A DNA stretch of 64,000 nucleotides from Hemiscyllium ocellatum (GCF_020745735.1 NC_083402.1:139604527-139668526), one strand, 5' to 3'. Numbered from the stretch's first letter, positions 12,961 to 26,790 are shown. Notes: generated by a model from the letters alone, not told the origin. Numbers and translations: made by a program.

Positions 12961-13504
12961 GTTCGTCCACCTACTGTCCAACGAGAACAAGTTAAATACT
13001 CAAAAGAACTTTTGAATCTCAATAATTTTCATTTTGCTAATCTGAACTTTCCAATGCCCCAAACATTTTGTAGCAGCTTCCATAAAGTCTTTCCTAACAT
13101 ACCCTGCACCTTCCGTCTTTGACACGGATGGATAAGTGAACACTCCTCTACGAGCTCCAATCACAGTAAACTGGTTACTGAAGAGTCAATTTGATGCAAA
13201 CCACATATCAAAGGTGTAAACCATTACACTCCCTGGAACATATAATTTAAAACTACCTTTTTAAATTCGCATCTTGTAAGTTTCACATTCATGATTAAAT
13301 TGCATGCCTTAGCTGAAGGCAAAATTGGGAATTCCAAAAATAAATTCCAGCTCAAAGGCATGTTTATGTAATCTGGTTACACTGGGGGTAAAAACTAAAC
13401 AGAGACCCGAGGTTGCACAACATTCATGATCTACAGAAGTCTCCAGAACTGTGAAGATCCAAACTTAATTGGCCTGGATCTTAGTAGTTGTCATAAATAT
13501 GGAG

Positions 13505-14085
13505 TTATAGAGTCACAGAGATGTACAGTATGGAAACAGACACTTTGGTCTAAATCATCCACGCAGACCAGTTATCCTAATTTAATGTAGTCCCATTTGC
13601 CAGAATTTGGCTCATATCCCTCTAAACCCTTTCTAAACGCATCTAGAGATGCCGGTGTTGAACTGGGGTGTACAAAGTTAAAAATCACACAACACCAGGT
13701 TATAGTCCAACAGGTTTAATTGGAAGCACTAGCTTTTGGCGCAACGCTCCTTCATCAGGTCATTGTGTCAATCGCCTGTCAAAGGAGCGTCGCTCCGAAA
13801 GCTAGTGTTTCCAATTAAACCTGTTGGACTATAACCTGGTGTTGTGTGATTTTTAACTTTTAAACTTTGTAATTGTACTAGCCTCCACCACTTCCTTTGG
13901 CAGCTCATTCCATACACGCAGCACCCTCTTGTGTGAAAATATTTCCTCTTAGGTCCCTTTTAAATTTTTCCCCTCTCACCCTAAACCTATGTCCAGTCTT
14001 GTTCTGGACTCCCCCACCCCAGGAAAAAGACCTTGTCTATTTAACCTATCCATGCTCTTCATAATTTCATAAACCTCTATAACAT
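13505..14085 (-). mobile_element. CR1/HER1-like 3' fragment interrupted by a PLE palindrome
   Basis: Reverse complement of the HER1-like tail on both sides of 13646-13860. Confidence 0.82.
13646..13860. mobile_element. Short palindromic PLE-terminus element (third family) inserted in a CR1/HER1 3' end
   Basis: Arms aaagttaaaaatcacacaacacc... (13674) and ...ggtgttgtgtgatttttaacttt (13860). Decayed hammerhead in each arm (GGAGC/GCUCC stem II, GAAA-GC-UA). Confidence 0.8.
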
Positions 14086-14218
14086 ATCTGGGCAGTTGCA
14101 CTCTCCGTCTCATGATTGCTCAGACTGGTAATTCTCAATGCCCGATATAATAGCCAAAAGTATTTATAATGTTGGTTGGTGAGTGGAGCACATTTATCTC
14201 CTATACCTATACACTGCA

Positions 14219-14570
14219 GGAGTGGCATGGTGGCTCAGTGGTTAGCACTGCTGCCTTGCAGCGCTAGGGACCCTGGTTCAATTCCAGCCTTGGGCAACTG
14301 TCTGTGTGGAGTTTGCACATTCTCCCCGTGTCTGTGTGGGTTTCCTCTGGGTGCTCCGGTTTCCTCCCACAGTCCAAAGATGTGCAGGTTAGGTGAACTG
14401 GTCATGCTAAATTGCCCATAGTGTTCTGGACAGTGTAGGTTAGGTGCATTCATCTGGGGGAAGTGCCAAGTGATAGGGGAATGGGTCTAGGTGGGTTAAT
14501 CTTCAGAGGGTTGGTGTGGAATTGCTGGGCTGAAGGGCCTGTTTCCATACTGTAGAGATTCTAATTCTAA
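14219..14570 (+). mobile_element. HE1-type SINE
   Basis: Full-length head, core and tail. Confidence 0.92.
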
Positions 14571-14781
14571 TAATAAAAGCTTAGCACTGACTAATCTTCA
14601 CAAGGGATAGCTTTGAGATTTGCATATGACTTATTCACATATCTTGACAAAATAGTTATTATACATTAGTGCCCTCTCCTTGCACGCACCCTCAGATCAA
14701 CAATTCAGGTTGCTGTAAAATAAACTTATTTTGTGCAGGTAGATTGTTTGATCTTAAATAGTCACAGAAAAGTTCCTTTAC

Positions 14782-14926
14782 CTGTGATTCCTTTCTTTTC
14801 AATTATATTTTCTGCTGCTTTGGCTACAGCTATCTGTAAAGTCTCATTCCCGACCTGATTCAGTCTGCGAGAGCTTAGGGCACGTTTTTGTTTCTTTGTG
14901 CCAAACGCCTCAATGAGGGAATCCAC
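14782..14926 (-). CDS. POLR1E: POLR1E exon 6 (VDSLIEAFGTKKQKRALSSRRLNQVGNETLQIAVAKAAENIIEKKGIT)
   Basis: ccgtag acceptor, GTAAAG donor, 145 bp; IEAFGT.KQKRAL motif. Confidence 0.97.
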
Positions 14927-15477
14927 CTACGGAATCAACAGTAAACAGTGAATACATTTTAATAGCAAAACATCACTTTGGATCATTTCTTCCCTCGCAT
15001 TCACAGGCCTGCACAGACAGGTTAACAAAAACTGTACACAATATTCTAATTGCTGATAAAGGCCTTGAAAGTTTCAGATTTTAAAAACATTGTTAAAAGG
15101 AGACACTTTACGTCTTGCAGGCATCTGGTCTAGACTTGATAAAAGGGTTCCCAATTTATAAAGCTCGAGAGGAGTGTATTGATTGGGCCGGTGATTGACA
15201 TGCAGCTGTAGCAACCTATTAGCAATAGTTACATTCTGTACTTTCCACTTAGTCCCACTGGTTTGCCAATGGTTGAGCAAATTCCATTAGTCCTCGCTTG
15301 CCATATGGAAAAGTAAACACAAATCAATTCACAGGAGATGACTGCTAGATTTAGTAAATTTATACAAGAAAGCTCCACATACTCAGCTGAGGGTTGCAGC
15401 ATCACCAGTGTTAAGATAAACCTGCACACTAAAAGCACAAAGTAAAGTGAAGGATTGCAGAATGACAATACCGGGCA

Positions 15478-15580
15478 AATGTAAGGACTGCAGATGCTGG
15501 AGATTAGAGTGGTGCTGGAAATGCACAGCAGGTCAGGCAGCATCCGAGGAGCAGAAAAATCGATGTTTTGGGAAGGAGTC
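15478..15580 (-). mobile_element. PLE terminal fragment followed by a short CR1 tail
   Basis: ggactgcagatgctgg...gcaggtcaggcagcatcc, shared with the other copies. Confidence 0.7.
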
Positions 15581-15851
15581 CTCCGTTCCTGTGCTGTACA
15601 TCTCTATGACTCTATCACTCATTCTTCTAAAAGCCAGGGAACGTAGGCTTAGTCTACTCAAGCTCTCCTCTTGGAAAATTCCCTCATCCAGAGACCCAAC
15701 AGATTTAACTGCCTCCTCATGTACCTCCTGCCCCTGTCCTTCTGTGGCGGAGGTCACAGGTTTGGAAAATGCTGCTCCTGAAGCCCTGGCAAGCAGCTGT
15801 AGTGCATCCATAATTGCAATCTTTGTCAAATGCTATAAAAAGATTAGTTAC

Positions 15852-15907
15852 CTTCTCCCTGTAAGAAGTGCCTTTTTCACTGGTATCTCCTTCAATGGCA
15901 GATTCAC
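15852..15907 (-). CDS. POLR1E: POLR1E exon 5 (ESAIEGDTSEKGTSYREK)
   Basis: ctcctcag acceptor, GTAACT donor, 56 bp, ends in the conserved YREK. Confidence 0.9.
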
Positions 15908-16808
15908 CTGAGGAGATGACACTAGCATCAACACGCTGCTCCAATTCATAAATGGACATTTCAAATCATTCTTAAAATAAACTAGATAACCAGTTCTGAA
16001 ACTCAACACTTCACAGCTGATGGCATTCTACGTCCTTATCGAACTACAATAAAAAGCAATTAGAGGCATTTTTCAACAAACCCAGAAAAACAAAAATAAC
16101 ATGTAATTATATTGTGCCTTATCACTTCACTCAAACATCATAAAGTGCCTAACATGGGCCTCGAAGATGGAAGTAACAGGCATGGAGGACTCCAAGCCTG
16201 GCTCTGTTCTCACATCTTAAAGTACTTAATTTATAGTTAAACTTCCATTTCCTCATCCTTGCTTAATTTTCTAACCGATGCAGCTGCTCGATTACCCACA
16301 CACTCTTCAACTGATCCTGCTTTTTTGTGCATTTCACTATCCTTTTTCTATCATTGTCAACCACACACTGAACTAACTAGGTCCCACCCTCCAATCTCTT
16401 TAAAGTCCATCTCTTTGGCCAAAATGTTAGTCACCCATTCTGCCATCTCGTTCTTCGGCCCAGAACAATATTTTGATCATGCTTTTGGAATGTCTTCATA
16501 TTTTACAACATAATGACACTTTTGATTTGCTGAATTACAGAGTGTGCAATTTGTTGTTTCTGAACTGTTGCAATTCCAGAAGCAGTCAGCAATGGGGATA
16601 GAGTACCTCAGTGCTTTCAGTCTTCCCATCTAGTAGATCATTCTCTGAATCAGTGATCATTTTTGACTGACAATTCTTCTGGAATGCATCTGTTTGCTTT
16701 TCAATTAACTGTAGCACATAAGTCCAACTCCTGATGCTAAAGAACCTGGCTTATCCAAATCAAATAGTGCTCACAATGTCATCAAGTTCTATGAACAGAA
16801 GAACATAC

Positions 16809-16894
16809 CAGGAAAGAAGGGCTGCATGTTGAAAAGCTGTGCATCATACACCTCCATTTTCCCAGTTCTTTTATTTAGTACACCAACAAAGTAC
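16809..16894 (-). CDS. POLR1E: POLR1E exon 4 (YFVGVLNKRTGKMEVYDAQLFNMQPFFP)
   Basis: tttcag acceptor, GTATGT donor, 86 bp, phase consistent. Confidence 0.96.
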
Positions 16895-19481
16895 CTGAAA
16901 TGAACAAAAGCACATTCCTTAAAAGAAAATTTTTGTCACTTCTATTCAGTAACTTCCCAATCATTTGCATTTTTGCAAATTTCCAATATTAACCTACACA
17001 TCATTTAAAGACTTCATAGTCTTAGCAATGCTATAACATTTTTCAGCTGCCTCTGAACAGGCTCAAAGTCCAATCAAAATGTTACAAAGAGACAAATTAT
17101 CTATGCCTCTGAAAAGTATAGAACAAAGGGGTAAACCACATTATACAGTTAAACTTTGTTATTGTCTCTTTTTGCTAAAGTACTTCTGAATCTCAGAAAT
17201 TGAAAGTCAAAACAAAAGTCTTGTTAAATTGCCAGAATAGCCAAAATAAAAATCATTGGTTCCTGATGCCAACAGGCAATGCACAGATCACAAACATTTT
17301 AGTTTTGTCAGTGCATGCAGATTAGCTGGGTTTATGTGGAAGAAGAGTCATAATTAACCACAGCATTTCCTCATCAAGACAATGGCCAGTGGCGTGCTCT
17401 AGTATTCCAGCTGAAAACATGCATCTGGATGTCAGATGACAGCAGGGTCAAGGTTGACTGTGATCCCACCCTCTTTTCCCCACTTTCCCCCTACACCCCA
17501 CACCCAGCTCACCTCACAGCTAAAAGCCTGTTAATGTTCAGTGTTTTTTTTATGGATGAGGCAATCAGAACTCAACAATTCACAAAAGCCCTTTAGATGG
17601 AAGAAATGGCAGAAAAAGGCAAAGTGCAAAGAACTGGCGTTCTCTTCATCGCTTTGCGCAAACTATTCATTTTTCTTCATAACAACACGATTCAATGATG
17701 CTTTCTTATTAAATTGGCCACATTAGTGTATAGAATGGCAAGGAAACTTATCTAACCTTGACCACTCTCCAGCAGCTTTCACTGGAAAGTGCATGTACAC
17801 AAATGTGAAGTGAGAATCGGTGTTCTCATCCCAGCTAATGGCAATAGCGGCCAAGTCAGATCCCAGAATGAAATCTGGCTTCCTTTTATATTTAAGATTT
17901 GCAGTTGGTTACTATGGTGGTTAACCACCAAAACATATGACAGGAGGCTGCAGGTATTTCTTAACAACAGAAGTTTATGATACACAATAAAAATAAAGCT
18001 ATGTACAATTACAGGATACTCAGGAAAATCTTGAACAGTAAGTTTAAACCTGGTTATCAACACTATCTTTTCAGAGGTACCCAATATTATTTCTGTCACA
18101 ACTCTAATTTCTTACTCAACTGACTGTTCACAGTTCTTTTCCGTGGACTGCTGAGATGATTTTATGACTCCTCTATAGATCTTTTGGCATGAGCCTTTTT
18201 CAATTCTGATCATCTAAAACTGCTTTTGAGTTCATCTAGATTGAAAACTTCTATACATTCTGTGTTGGAAGATGTATAATTTACATATATTTTAATATCA
18301 TTTATTTTAGAATTTTTTTCAACTAGTGGCATGTGGGTTTTGGTCCATCTATATGAAGGGGTTTATGGATTAACTTGTCAGTATTTCTGTTACCATGTTT
18401 TTTCTTTAAGCCTTGCATGAGAGATACACTTCTGGCGCATAATGGGGTTTTATTTGTACTGGATGTGTTTTATAGCTACTTCCAGTTAGAAGAATTCAGA
18501 ACTTCTTTGCTAAGGGGAAACACCCATTGTTTGGAAATCCTTTTGGTTTCTGCTCCCAGACGTCTTGGTGGAAATTAGACAGGTTTCTTCTGAAGAAAGA
18601 AGACAGCTTAGAACTCTCAAGACCAGGAACTGAAAACAACTGTTAAGCCAAGCTTGAGAAGGGATTCTCTCTGATATTTGAGTACTGTAAAGCAATGATG
18701 TTAAAATCAGAGATATGTTGTACTTTACAGTGTGTTTCAAAATCTTAAATTCTCTTATATGTGAAGGGATTGGTTTATTTTATTTTATCCTATATTAATT
18801 TTAATAAAAATTTGTTATATCGTTAAAACTAAATCTACAGCATTGTGAATTTGTGTTTCAGTGAAAGACTAGCTCATTGAATTTAAAAAAATGACCTATT
18901 GTGTTAGATCTCAGACCAGTAGTAGCACTAGTTGAGATCGTAAGAGCGCTCAGAACTTGGATGTAAACCACTTCCCCAAGGTGACAGGTACTCTTGAACT
19001 GAAGCCATGAACCTCCTGGTCTGAAGTCAAAACTAAACTGGTAACCCTGATATACTTTTTCATCCTCTTGTCATAAACACAGCAGTATAACCATTTCAAC
19101 AATGAACAGGCCAGGCATTTCCCATGCCTTCTTGGAAATTATGTATTTAGGTCACTGTTAGAAATAGCTTTGACCTTTTGAAAAGGATAACCTTCACAGA
19201 ACTCACCAAACCTTATCCACCTCAATTTAAAATCCAAATCCTAATCCCAAATGATAACATATAGTAAATATCTATATCACACAGGAGTCAAGATTCATAC
19301 ATGAAAGAGCAACAATTTTCATAAAGTAGGAAAAGGATCATCAACAGCTTTAAACTTGTTCTACAATAATATAAGGAAGTTGAAAGAGAGCTCAAACTAA
19401 GAGCAATTAAGAAACAGCACATCGAATCCTCTAGATCTGAGGTGGGCAAGTTCTTTACATATAAATTGTCCGGTGAAGGAT

Positions 19482-19807
19482 ATTAGATTAGATTCCCTAC
19501 AGTATGGAAACAGGCCCTTTGGACCAACAACTCCACACTGACCCTCTGAAGACCCACCCAGACCCATTCCCCTCCCCTATATTTACCTCAGACTCATGCA
19601 CCTAACACTACTGGCATGCTAAATTGCCAATCGACCTGACCTGCACATCTTTTTGGAGTGTGGGAGGAAACTGGAGCACCCGGAGGAAACCCATGCAGAC
19701 ACAGAGAGAATGTGTAAATGCCACATAGACAGTTACCTGAGGCAGGAATTGAACCCATGCCCCTGGCACTGTGAGGCAGCAGTGCAAACCACTGAGCCAC
19801 CATGTCA
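19482..19807 (-). mobile_element. HE1-type SINE
   Basis: Reverse complement of the same element. Confidence 0.9.
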
Positions 19808-21104
19808 TCTGGTTGTGAATTTCCCATGGCACTTCTCAAAGCAAGTCAAATGACTCAAACTTTATCTTATTAAACCATAAGACGTTATACTGCTGCTGTA
19901 GCGTAACTGTGAGTTGAATTAATTTAAAGTGACTGTTCAAGAATTCAAATATGTCAAATTAGAAGCTGCAGATACTGGGTCAGTTATTTTCTTTTGAAGC
20001 ATTTGTAAATGTTAAATGGCACAGAATTAGGCAGTGTACAATTTCAAAAAGCAATAGGCATGGAGTGTATCTCAAAGACCATAGATCAGTTTTTATATGC
20101 ATGATGTATTACAGCATAAACGTCTGTCAGAAAGAACTCTGATAAGCTTGCAAATTGTACTCTGCAGATTAAAAAATCCTGCTAATATTTAAAGCATAAT
20201 ATAAAGACAAAAATAAATTACTGGCAAGTTTAACTGTTCTTTCAAAGCTTAAGAACAAGTTAAGAACATGTCTTAGATTATTTTGTTGAAGAATAGGCAA
20301 TTTTATAAGGCATTCACCACACGAGATAGTGTGACCTAGGTGCTCGCATTATCTGGGGAATGGTGAGATTGGTGGCAAAATCTCAAAATCTTGACATTAG
20401 GAGTAATTCACTGCATCCTTAATGCATTTGTCAAGTGGCAAAACAAGTTTCTTGCTAATAGTGGCAAGCTGCTAATTAAGAGGGATTGCTTGTTAAACAC
20501 CTTATATACAGTTCAACTTTCTACATTGATATTTAGCTTCCTACCTTACAAAACACACCGAATGCATTGGAAGCTTAAGAGTTGTCAACATGGAAGCCAG
20601 AGCAAGTACCTGGCAATTTCAGATTTCCACTTGCTCCAAAGGTATTTCAGGTTGGACACTAAGCATCAATATCTCAGGCACCCTCCAAGAGTACCAGCCA
20701 CATGCACTCACATCCAATATGTGTTAGCCTCTAGAACCCTCACAGCACATCGCTGATCCACTTACACGCTGTACTGGGAACTGTCATTGCAATGCCACAG
20801 CAAGGGCACTGCATGTGCATCTAGATCATGGACTGGGCCAGACTGCATCTCTGGAATGTTTGCTTGTGCATTAACACTCACTCAGTCTCACAGCATCCCT
20901 GCCTTGATTTTGTGTGTTTTTCCCCATCTATCAGAGATACCAGACTCACATTAATGCTGCATTGCCACACCAATTAGCGCAGACACAAGTACAGGACGCT
21001 TGTCATGGTTATCAGCAAGTCTCAGTTCAGAAAGACACATCAGTCAGGGGATCATGGTGCTCCAAGTCTCCTATACCAGTCTAACAGCATGAATACGGAG
21101 TCAG

Positions 21105-21650
21105 GATCGTCTTCCTCCAAAGAGCAAGGAGCTTAATGTGGGCAACCCACCACCCATCTTAACTCTTTCTGGCCTATAGCAGTTATTTATTTCCTGGAAA
21201 GAGAGACACAGAAATGTGGCACAGCTGGGAAGGTAACCCAAGCAAGGAAACAGGAATTGCAGAGGGCATGCATGGCTAGTTGTGTCAGGGATTGGCGTGG
21301 GTGATAGAAAGTGTTGCAGGCAACAGGGAAAGTGATAGAGAATGAATCTTGGTGTTAGGTGGGTACAATAACCGAGATCAAGAGTGAGGGAGATATTGGA
21401 CAGAAGATGGTAGCACTCACACTGGCAGAGAGGAGAGGATAATTTATCTTTTTCCTCCATTGTAGTGCATTTCTTCAGACAGTTCAGATTATACCGACAT
21501 GGTGGCAACTTCATACTGGGACGGCACGTTGAGGTACAGTAACCTCCTCTATTGGAGAAGGTGGTACTCATCCTGTGCACCACATCATCCAGTAGGACCT
21601 TCAGGTCCCTGCCCACAAAGGACACTGAACTTCCCCGGGGGAAATGTCAG
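21105..21650 (-). pseudogene. Decayed Myb/SANT-like gene, probably from a Harbinger transposon
   Basis: F..RDLKVLLD.V, RNALQWRKKIN..L.SA|GTGAGT ... ttccag|EINN..RPERVKMGGGLP; frameshifted. Confidence 0.6.
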
Positions 21651-23178
21651 GAATTTTGCAAGGCAATTTCGAACTGACAGTGTACGTATTCAGGTGACCT
21701 TTTAAAGATGGTGCCAAAAACAGGGATATCAATCAATTTCTGGATAGCTCAGCAATGGCAAGTTGTTCTGGAGATGCCACATAGTAAGATGGGGCTAGAA
21801 TCGAATGAATGGAATGCCATGGAAGGGAGGCAGTCGACAAGGTGAGTTTGGAAACAGGCTCCGCACCATGGCAAAAAACCACCAGAAAACGTAACTCAAT
21901 GTGCACTTAGCCAAAAAAAATAAGGATCAGCCCAAGGGGTCTTCAATTGATGTGTAGTCAGAGTATAATGATAAATGGACAAAGACTGGCAGACACGTCA
22001 ACGCCCATTTTAAAGTCACATATCTTATTTCTTTATATTTTCATTATGAATATCACCATCTTTATTTGTACAATGAACATTTTAGGCTGATATGGATATA
22101 ACAAAGGTAATCTTGGGTATTTATAATAGGAAAGAAAAACTAGCAAAGTTCTGCCAGAATTTAGCCAATATTAACATACATATTAAAATTTGCACATCTA
22201 GTACATGATCATGTCACACAATCTCACACTTTTCCTGTCATGGTTGGCTGACAATACTGTTGTAGAAAACTGCATCCCCTAACCCATTGTGAGAAATCTC
22301 ACAGCAGATCTGTTCATCTAAACTAGAACAAAAGACATTCTCATAATGACATATCAGGTACTTGTACACACTTCCTATTCATATTTCCTTCTTGTGTCTC
22401 ACTCTGTGTCCCTTCTTCTTTCAAGTTACCAAGGACAGCTTATTCCATAAATACTAAGTAATGTCTCTACACCATAGTAGAACATACTTTCTCTTTCACT
22501 TCAAAGCTTAGCACCAATCAAACTTTGTACCAGTAAAGTTGTACCAGCAAAATGCAGCTCACTGGATTCCAATGCTGCTTGGAATGAAAAAAAAATGTGA
22601 TTTGTAGGCTGTTTGTCCAAAACAGGGGAAAAATTATTCTTTGTATCTTATGGCATAAAAGATGGCCATTTGTCTAAGCTGCCTTATCCAACAGTGATAT
22701 CTACTGACTTAAAGAGTCATAGAGATGTACAGCATGGAAACAGACCCCTCAGGCCAACCCATCCATGCCGACCATATATCCTAACCCAATCTAGTCCCAC
22801 CTGCCAGCACCCGGCCCATATCCCTCCAAACCCTTCCTATTCATATACCTATCCAAATGCCTCTTAAATGCTGCAATTGTACCAGCCTCCACCACATCCT
22901 CTGGCAGCTCATACCATACCCAACCTCTCATTGTGTTTCACATTTAACATTGATATTATACTTACTTTACATTGCAGCTGGTCAAACTGAAAGGAAGACA
23001 ATTTTATTCCAGCTAATCTCAGGATTCAATGTGTGGATTGGTACAAAAGGTGACAAGAGTGTTTGATTGTCGTCACAACCGTTCCCATTTCTTCCCAAAT
23101 GCTGACAACCCTGTTTCTTTTTTTCAACACTTTACCTTTCAATCGAGTTCTACCACTAATTCAGAGAAACAAACTTAC

Positions 23179-23255
23179 TTGCACAATGAATTACACTTCA
23201 GGGCATTTGGTCCAAAATTATTTCCAACGTAGGTCAATCTATCAGTCTCAGCAGA
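23179..23255 (-). CDS. POLR1E: POLR1E exon 3 (SAETDRLTYVGNNFGPNALKCNSLC)
   Basis: ctgtag acceptor, GTAAGT donor, 77 bp; matches AETDRLSYVGNNFG of RPA49. Confidence 0.96.
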
Positions 23256-23406
23256 CTACAGGGGGATGAAAAAGGAATAAAGTGAAACCATTTCAATGAG
23301 CTAGCAACGTTATTAAAATAGATTAAACAAACTACATAATCAGGACAACCATGTTAGCTTTATCATGGAACCAAATGCATGAGAATACGTGTCGATTCAC
23401 TCTTAC

Positions 23407-23510
23407 CAAGATTAGTTGATGCTTTTTCCGGGGATGATTTCGGTGTATATTTTTATGCAGCTGAAATTCCACATTTTCTGAATTTGAGAGTTTCCCATTG
23501 GAAAACTGAA
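23407..23510 (-). CDS. POLR1E: POLR1E exon 2 (QFSNGKLSNSENVEFQLHKNIHRNHPRKKHQLIL)
   Basis: ttttacag acceptor, GTAAGA donor, 104 bp, QFSNGKL and PRK motifs. Confidence 0.95.
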
Positions 23511-24116
23511 CTGTAAAATAGGACAATGATGTTTATAAACTTAATTAGTGACACAGAGTATATCCTTATCACTTTGGGTAACTTTTGTTTTCCACAACAA
23601 AAGTAATATGCTTTAGTCTTAAAATATTGATTTATTAGTTTTCAGTTCACATATTTGTTCTAGGATTGTGGGAAATACTAGCAAAACACTTTGTTGCCCC
23701 AACCCCATTTAATCAGGTCTTTGGGGTTAGAGTCACAGGTAAGCCAATCTGCATAGGGATGACAGATTCTGTTCTCCAAAGAACATTCAGAAACTGATTG
23801 GATTTACAAAAGAATAACAATCGAAACTATGAAATTTCGTGGAATTTGCCCATATCCCCTATCAAATCTGCTATCACTCTTCTGCTTTTCCACCTGTACA
23901 GCTGAGCCACTCATGATGCCATAAACCTGACTCTTACTACATTCCTCTGAGTAATAATTGCCCTCAATAGCACTGAAAATAGAAAGACAGTTAGTCAGTG
24001 AGACAGTCTCAGGGATTTCTACTTGGAACTCCAAGAGAGAACAGCAATCACATTTTTCTGCCTGTATGCTATAAACATTTGTGTGTAGCCACCTCCTTAA
24101 ACATGCTACCCACATA

Positions 24117-24276
24117 CAGAGGAACCTTGATTATCTGGCATTCAATTATCTGAATTTCGGATTATTCAAACAAGATTGCAAAGTCCCGATCTTCAGCTAA
24201 ACTGTGTTATCCGACATTCAATTATCCAAATAAAATACTCCCCGCCCATGTTGGTAGGATTATCAAGGTTTCTCTA
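24117..24276. mobile_element. Tc1/mariner (pogo/Tigger-like) MITE
   Basis: TIR cagaggaaccttgattatc, TA on both sides; second copy at 60026-60174. Confidence 0.85.
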
Positions 24277-25109
24277 TAGTCGTCAGCTTTGAAAATACAA
24301 CACAGCAACCCCAGCTGTTGCTTGAGTTTGGAAACCCAAAAATCAAACTTCTGTAGCTGGTGACAGACAATTCATGCATGTGTTCATCTGGGCAACATAA
24401 AGAGACCTCAAATTGCCATGTGGTCATACCACACAGCCAAGGTGCCATGAATTAAAGCTTATTTTTAGATTGTTTACTATAAATAGGAATTTTAAAAAGT
24501 ACAAAGTCAAATTATTCACGTTACTTACCAAACAGCTCCTCACGTGCCTCTTTTCCTCCAACAATTGTGCTTATTTTTCCCTGAACTCAATCAATCCAAA
24601 GACTGGACTTACCAGGATAGGATAGGCTAACTCTTTTAGCTTCTCGTTGGGTCTCTCTCGGCATGTTCTCCAGATTAAGGATATTCACCATTGTGTGGTG
24701 TTGCACAACCATCATTCTGAATGGGATAGATTTCAAATGGACTCAAGACACAGCATCCGTGGGGCACTGCAGGCCATCAGCAGAAACTGAACTGTATTCA
24801 ACTAAAATCTGTGATCTCTCATGACATATCCTTCAGTCTACCGTTATCACTGAACAGGAGATCACCCTAATACAATGAACAGCACAGGAGAACATGCCAG
24901 AACTTGCATCAGGCATACTTAATGAGATACTAACTTGATATCCTACAACACAGGAGTACTTGCATATCAAGCAGCATGAAATAGACAGAGGTAAGTGATC
25001 ACAGTATCATATCTAAGCTCTGTAGTCTGCCACAATCAGTTATAAATGGTGGTGGATAATAAAACATCTCACAGGAGGAAGCAGCTTCACAAACATCACC
25101 ATTCTCTAG

Positions 25110-25453
25110 AGCACCACGGTGGCTCAGTGATCAGCACTGCTGCCGTACAGCACTAGGGATCAGAGATCAAATCCAACCTCGGGGAGACTATGTGAAGTTT
25201 GCACATTCTTCCCACGTCTGCGTGGGTTTCTGCCGGGTGCTCTGGTTTTCCCTATAGTCCAAAGATGTACAGGTTAGGTGAATTGCCCATGCTAAATTGT
25301 CCATAGTGTTCAAGGATGTGTAGGTTAGGTGCATTAGCCAAGGGAAATGCAGACATACAGTAGGGGGATGGGTCTGGGTGGGATGCTCTTAGGAGGGTTG
25401 GTGTGGGCTTGTTAGGCGAAATGGCCTGTCTCCCAGACAGTGGGGATTCTATG
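25110..25453 (+). mobile_element. HE1-type SINE
   Basis: Same head, core and tail. Confidence 0.9.
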
Positions 25454-25993
25454 ATTCCAGCGCATCAGTGCAAAAGACAATGTTGATGCATTTGCATTCG
25501 ATTTCAGCCAGAAGTGCTGAGTGGACAATCCATCTTCACTTCCTCCTGAGGTCCCCAGCATTACAAATGCCAGCTTTCTGCCAACTTGATTCATTCTCCA
25601 TGATGTCAAGAGCTAAGTGCCTGGGCAACATTCTGGCAATAACACTTGCAGCATGGAAATATATTTCAGGACTAGCCGCCCACTAGTCAACCAACTTTGG
25701 TAAAACTACATCGGTATCATTTATACAGCAAGGTGGAAAATCGCCTTCATTTGTCCTGCCCAGCAGGTCAAATCCAATCTGGTAACTGCCACTCCATCAG
25801 CTTATCCTCAAACATCAGTGAGGTGAGGAAAGGTGTTACTGACAGCTACCAAGTAGGTACTCAATAATATTCTGCTCACTGATGTGGAGTTGGTATTCTG
25901 CCAGACGCACGCAGCTCCTTACCTCATTTCAGCCTGAATCCAAGTGTGGACAAAAGAGCTGAACTAAAGACTGTCAGGCAGGACTGATACACT

Positions 25994-26081
25994 GCTGAAA
26001 ATGTGTTGCTGGTTAAAGCACAGTAGGTTAGGCAGCATCCAAGGAATAGGAAATTCGACGTTTCGGGCATAAGCCCTTCAT
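25994..26081 (-). mobile_element. PLE terminal fragment with 15-bp TSD
   Basis: Direct repeat caggactgatacact at 25979-25993 and 26082-26096. Confidence 0.85.
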
Positions 26082-26087
26082 CAGGAC
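26053..26087 (-). ncRNA. Hammerhead core, sense to POLR1E intron 1
   Basis: GUC-CUGAUGA-A-GGGC-UUAU-GCCC-GAAA-CG-UC-GAAU; stem I only 2 bp because the element is truncated here. Confidence 0.62.
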
Positions 26088-26096
26088 TGATACACT

Positions 26097-26790
26097 TAAT
26101 GGTAAGGTCCTAGGGAGTGTTGCTAAACAAAGAAACCTTGGAGTGCATAGCTCCTTGAAAGTAGGTCACAGGTAGATAGGATAATGAAGGTGTTTGATAT
26201 GCTTTCCTTTATTGGTCAGAATATTGAGTACAGGAGTTGGGAGGTCATATTGCAGCTGTACAGGACATTGGATAGACTATTTTTGAAATATCGCGTGCGA
26301 TTCTGGTCTCCTTCCTATCGGGAGGATGTTGTGAAACTTGAAAGGGTTCAGAAAAGATTTACAAGGATGTTGCCAGGATTGGAGGATCTGAGCTATAGGA
26401 GAAGTTGAATTGGATAGGGCTGATTTCCCTGGAGGCTGAGGTACGACCTCAGAGGTTTATAAAATCATGAGGGGCATGGATAAGGTGGGGTGGGGGAGTC
26501 CAGAACCAGAGGGCATAGGTTTAGGGTGAGAGGGGAAAGATATAAAAGAGACCTAAGGGGCAACATTTTCATGCAGAGGGTGGTGCATGTGTGGAATGGG
26601 CTGCCAGAGGAAGTGGTGGAGGCTACTACAATTGCACCCATCTGGATGGGTGTATGAATCGGAAGAGTTTGGAGGGATATGGGCTGAGTGCTGGCAAATG
26701 GGACTAAATTGGGTTGGGATATCTGGTCGGCATGGAAGAGTCAGACTGAAGGGTCTGTTTCGGTGCTGTACATCTCTAGACTCTATGACA
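26097..26790 (+). mobile_element. CR1/HER1-like 3' fragment
   Basis: Homologous to 44110-44860. Confidence 0.9.

Noticed and set aside
18263-18944. Possible additional solo LTR
   Set aside because: LTR-like composition, but termini and TSD could not be established.
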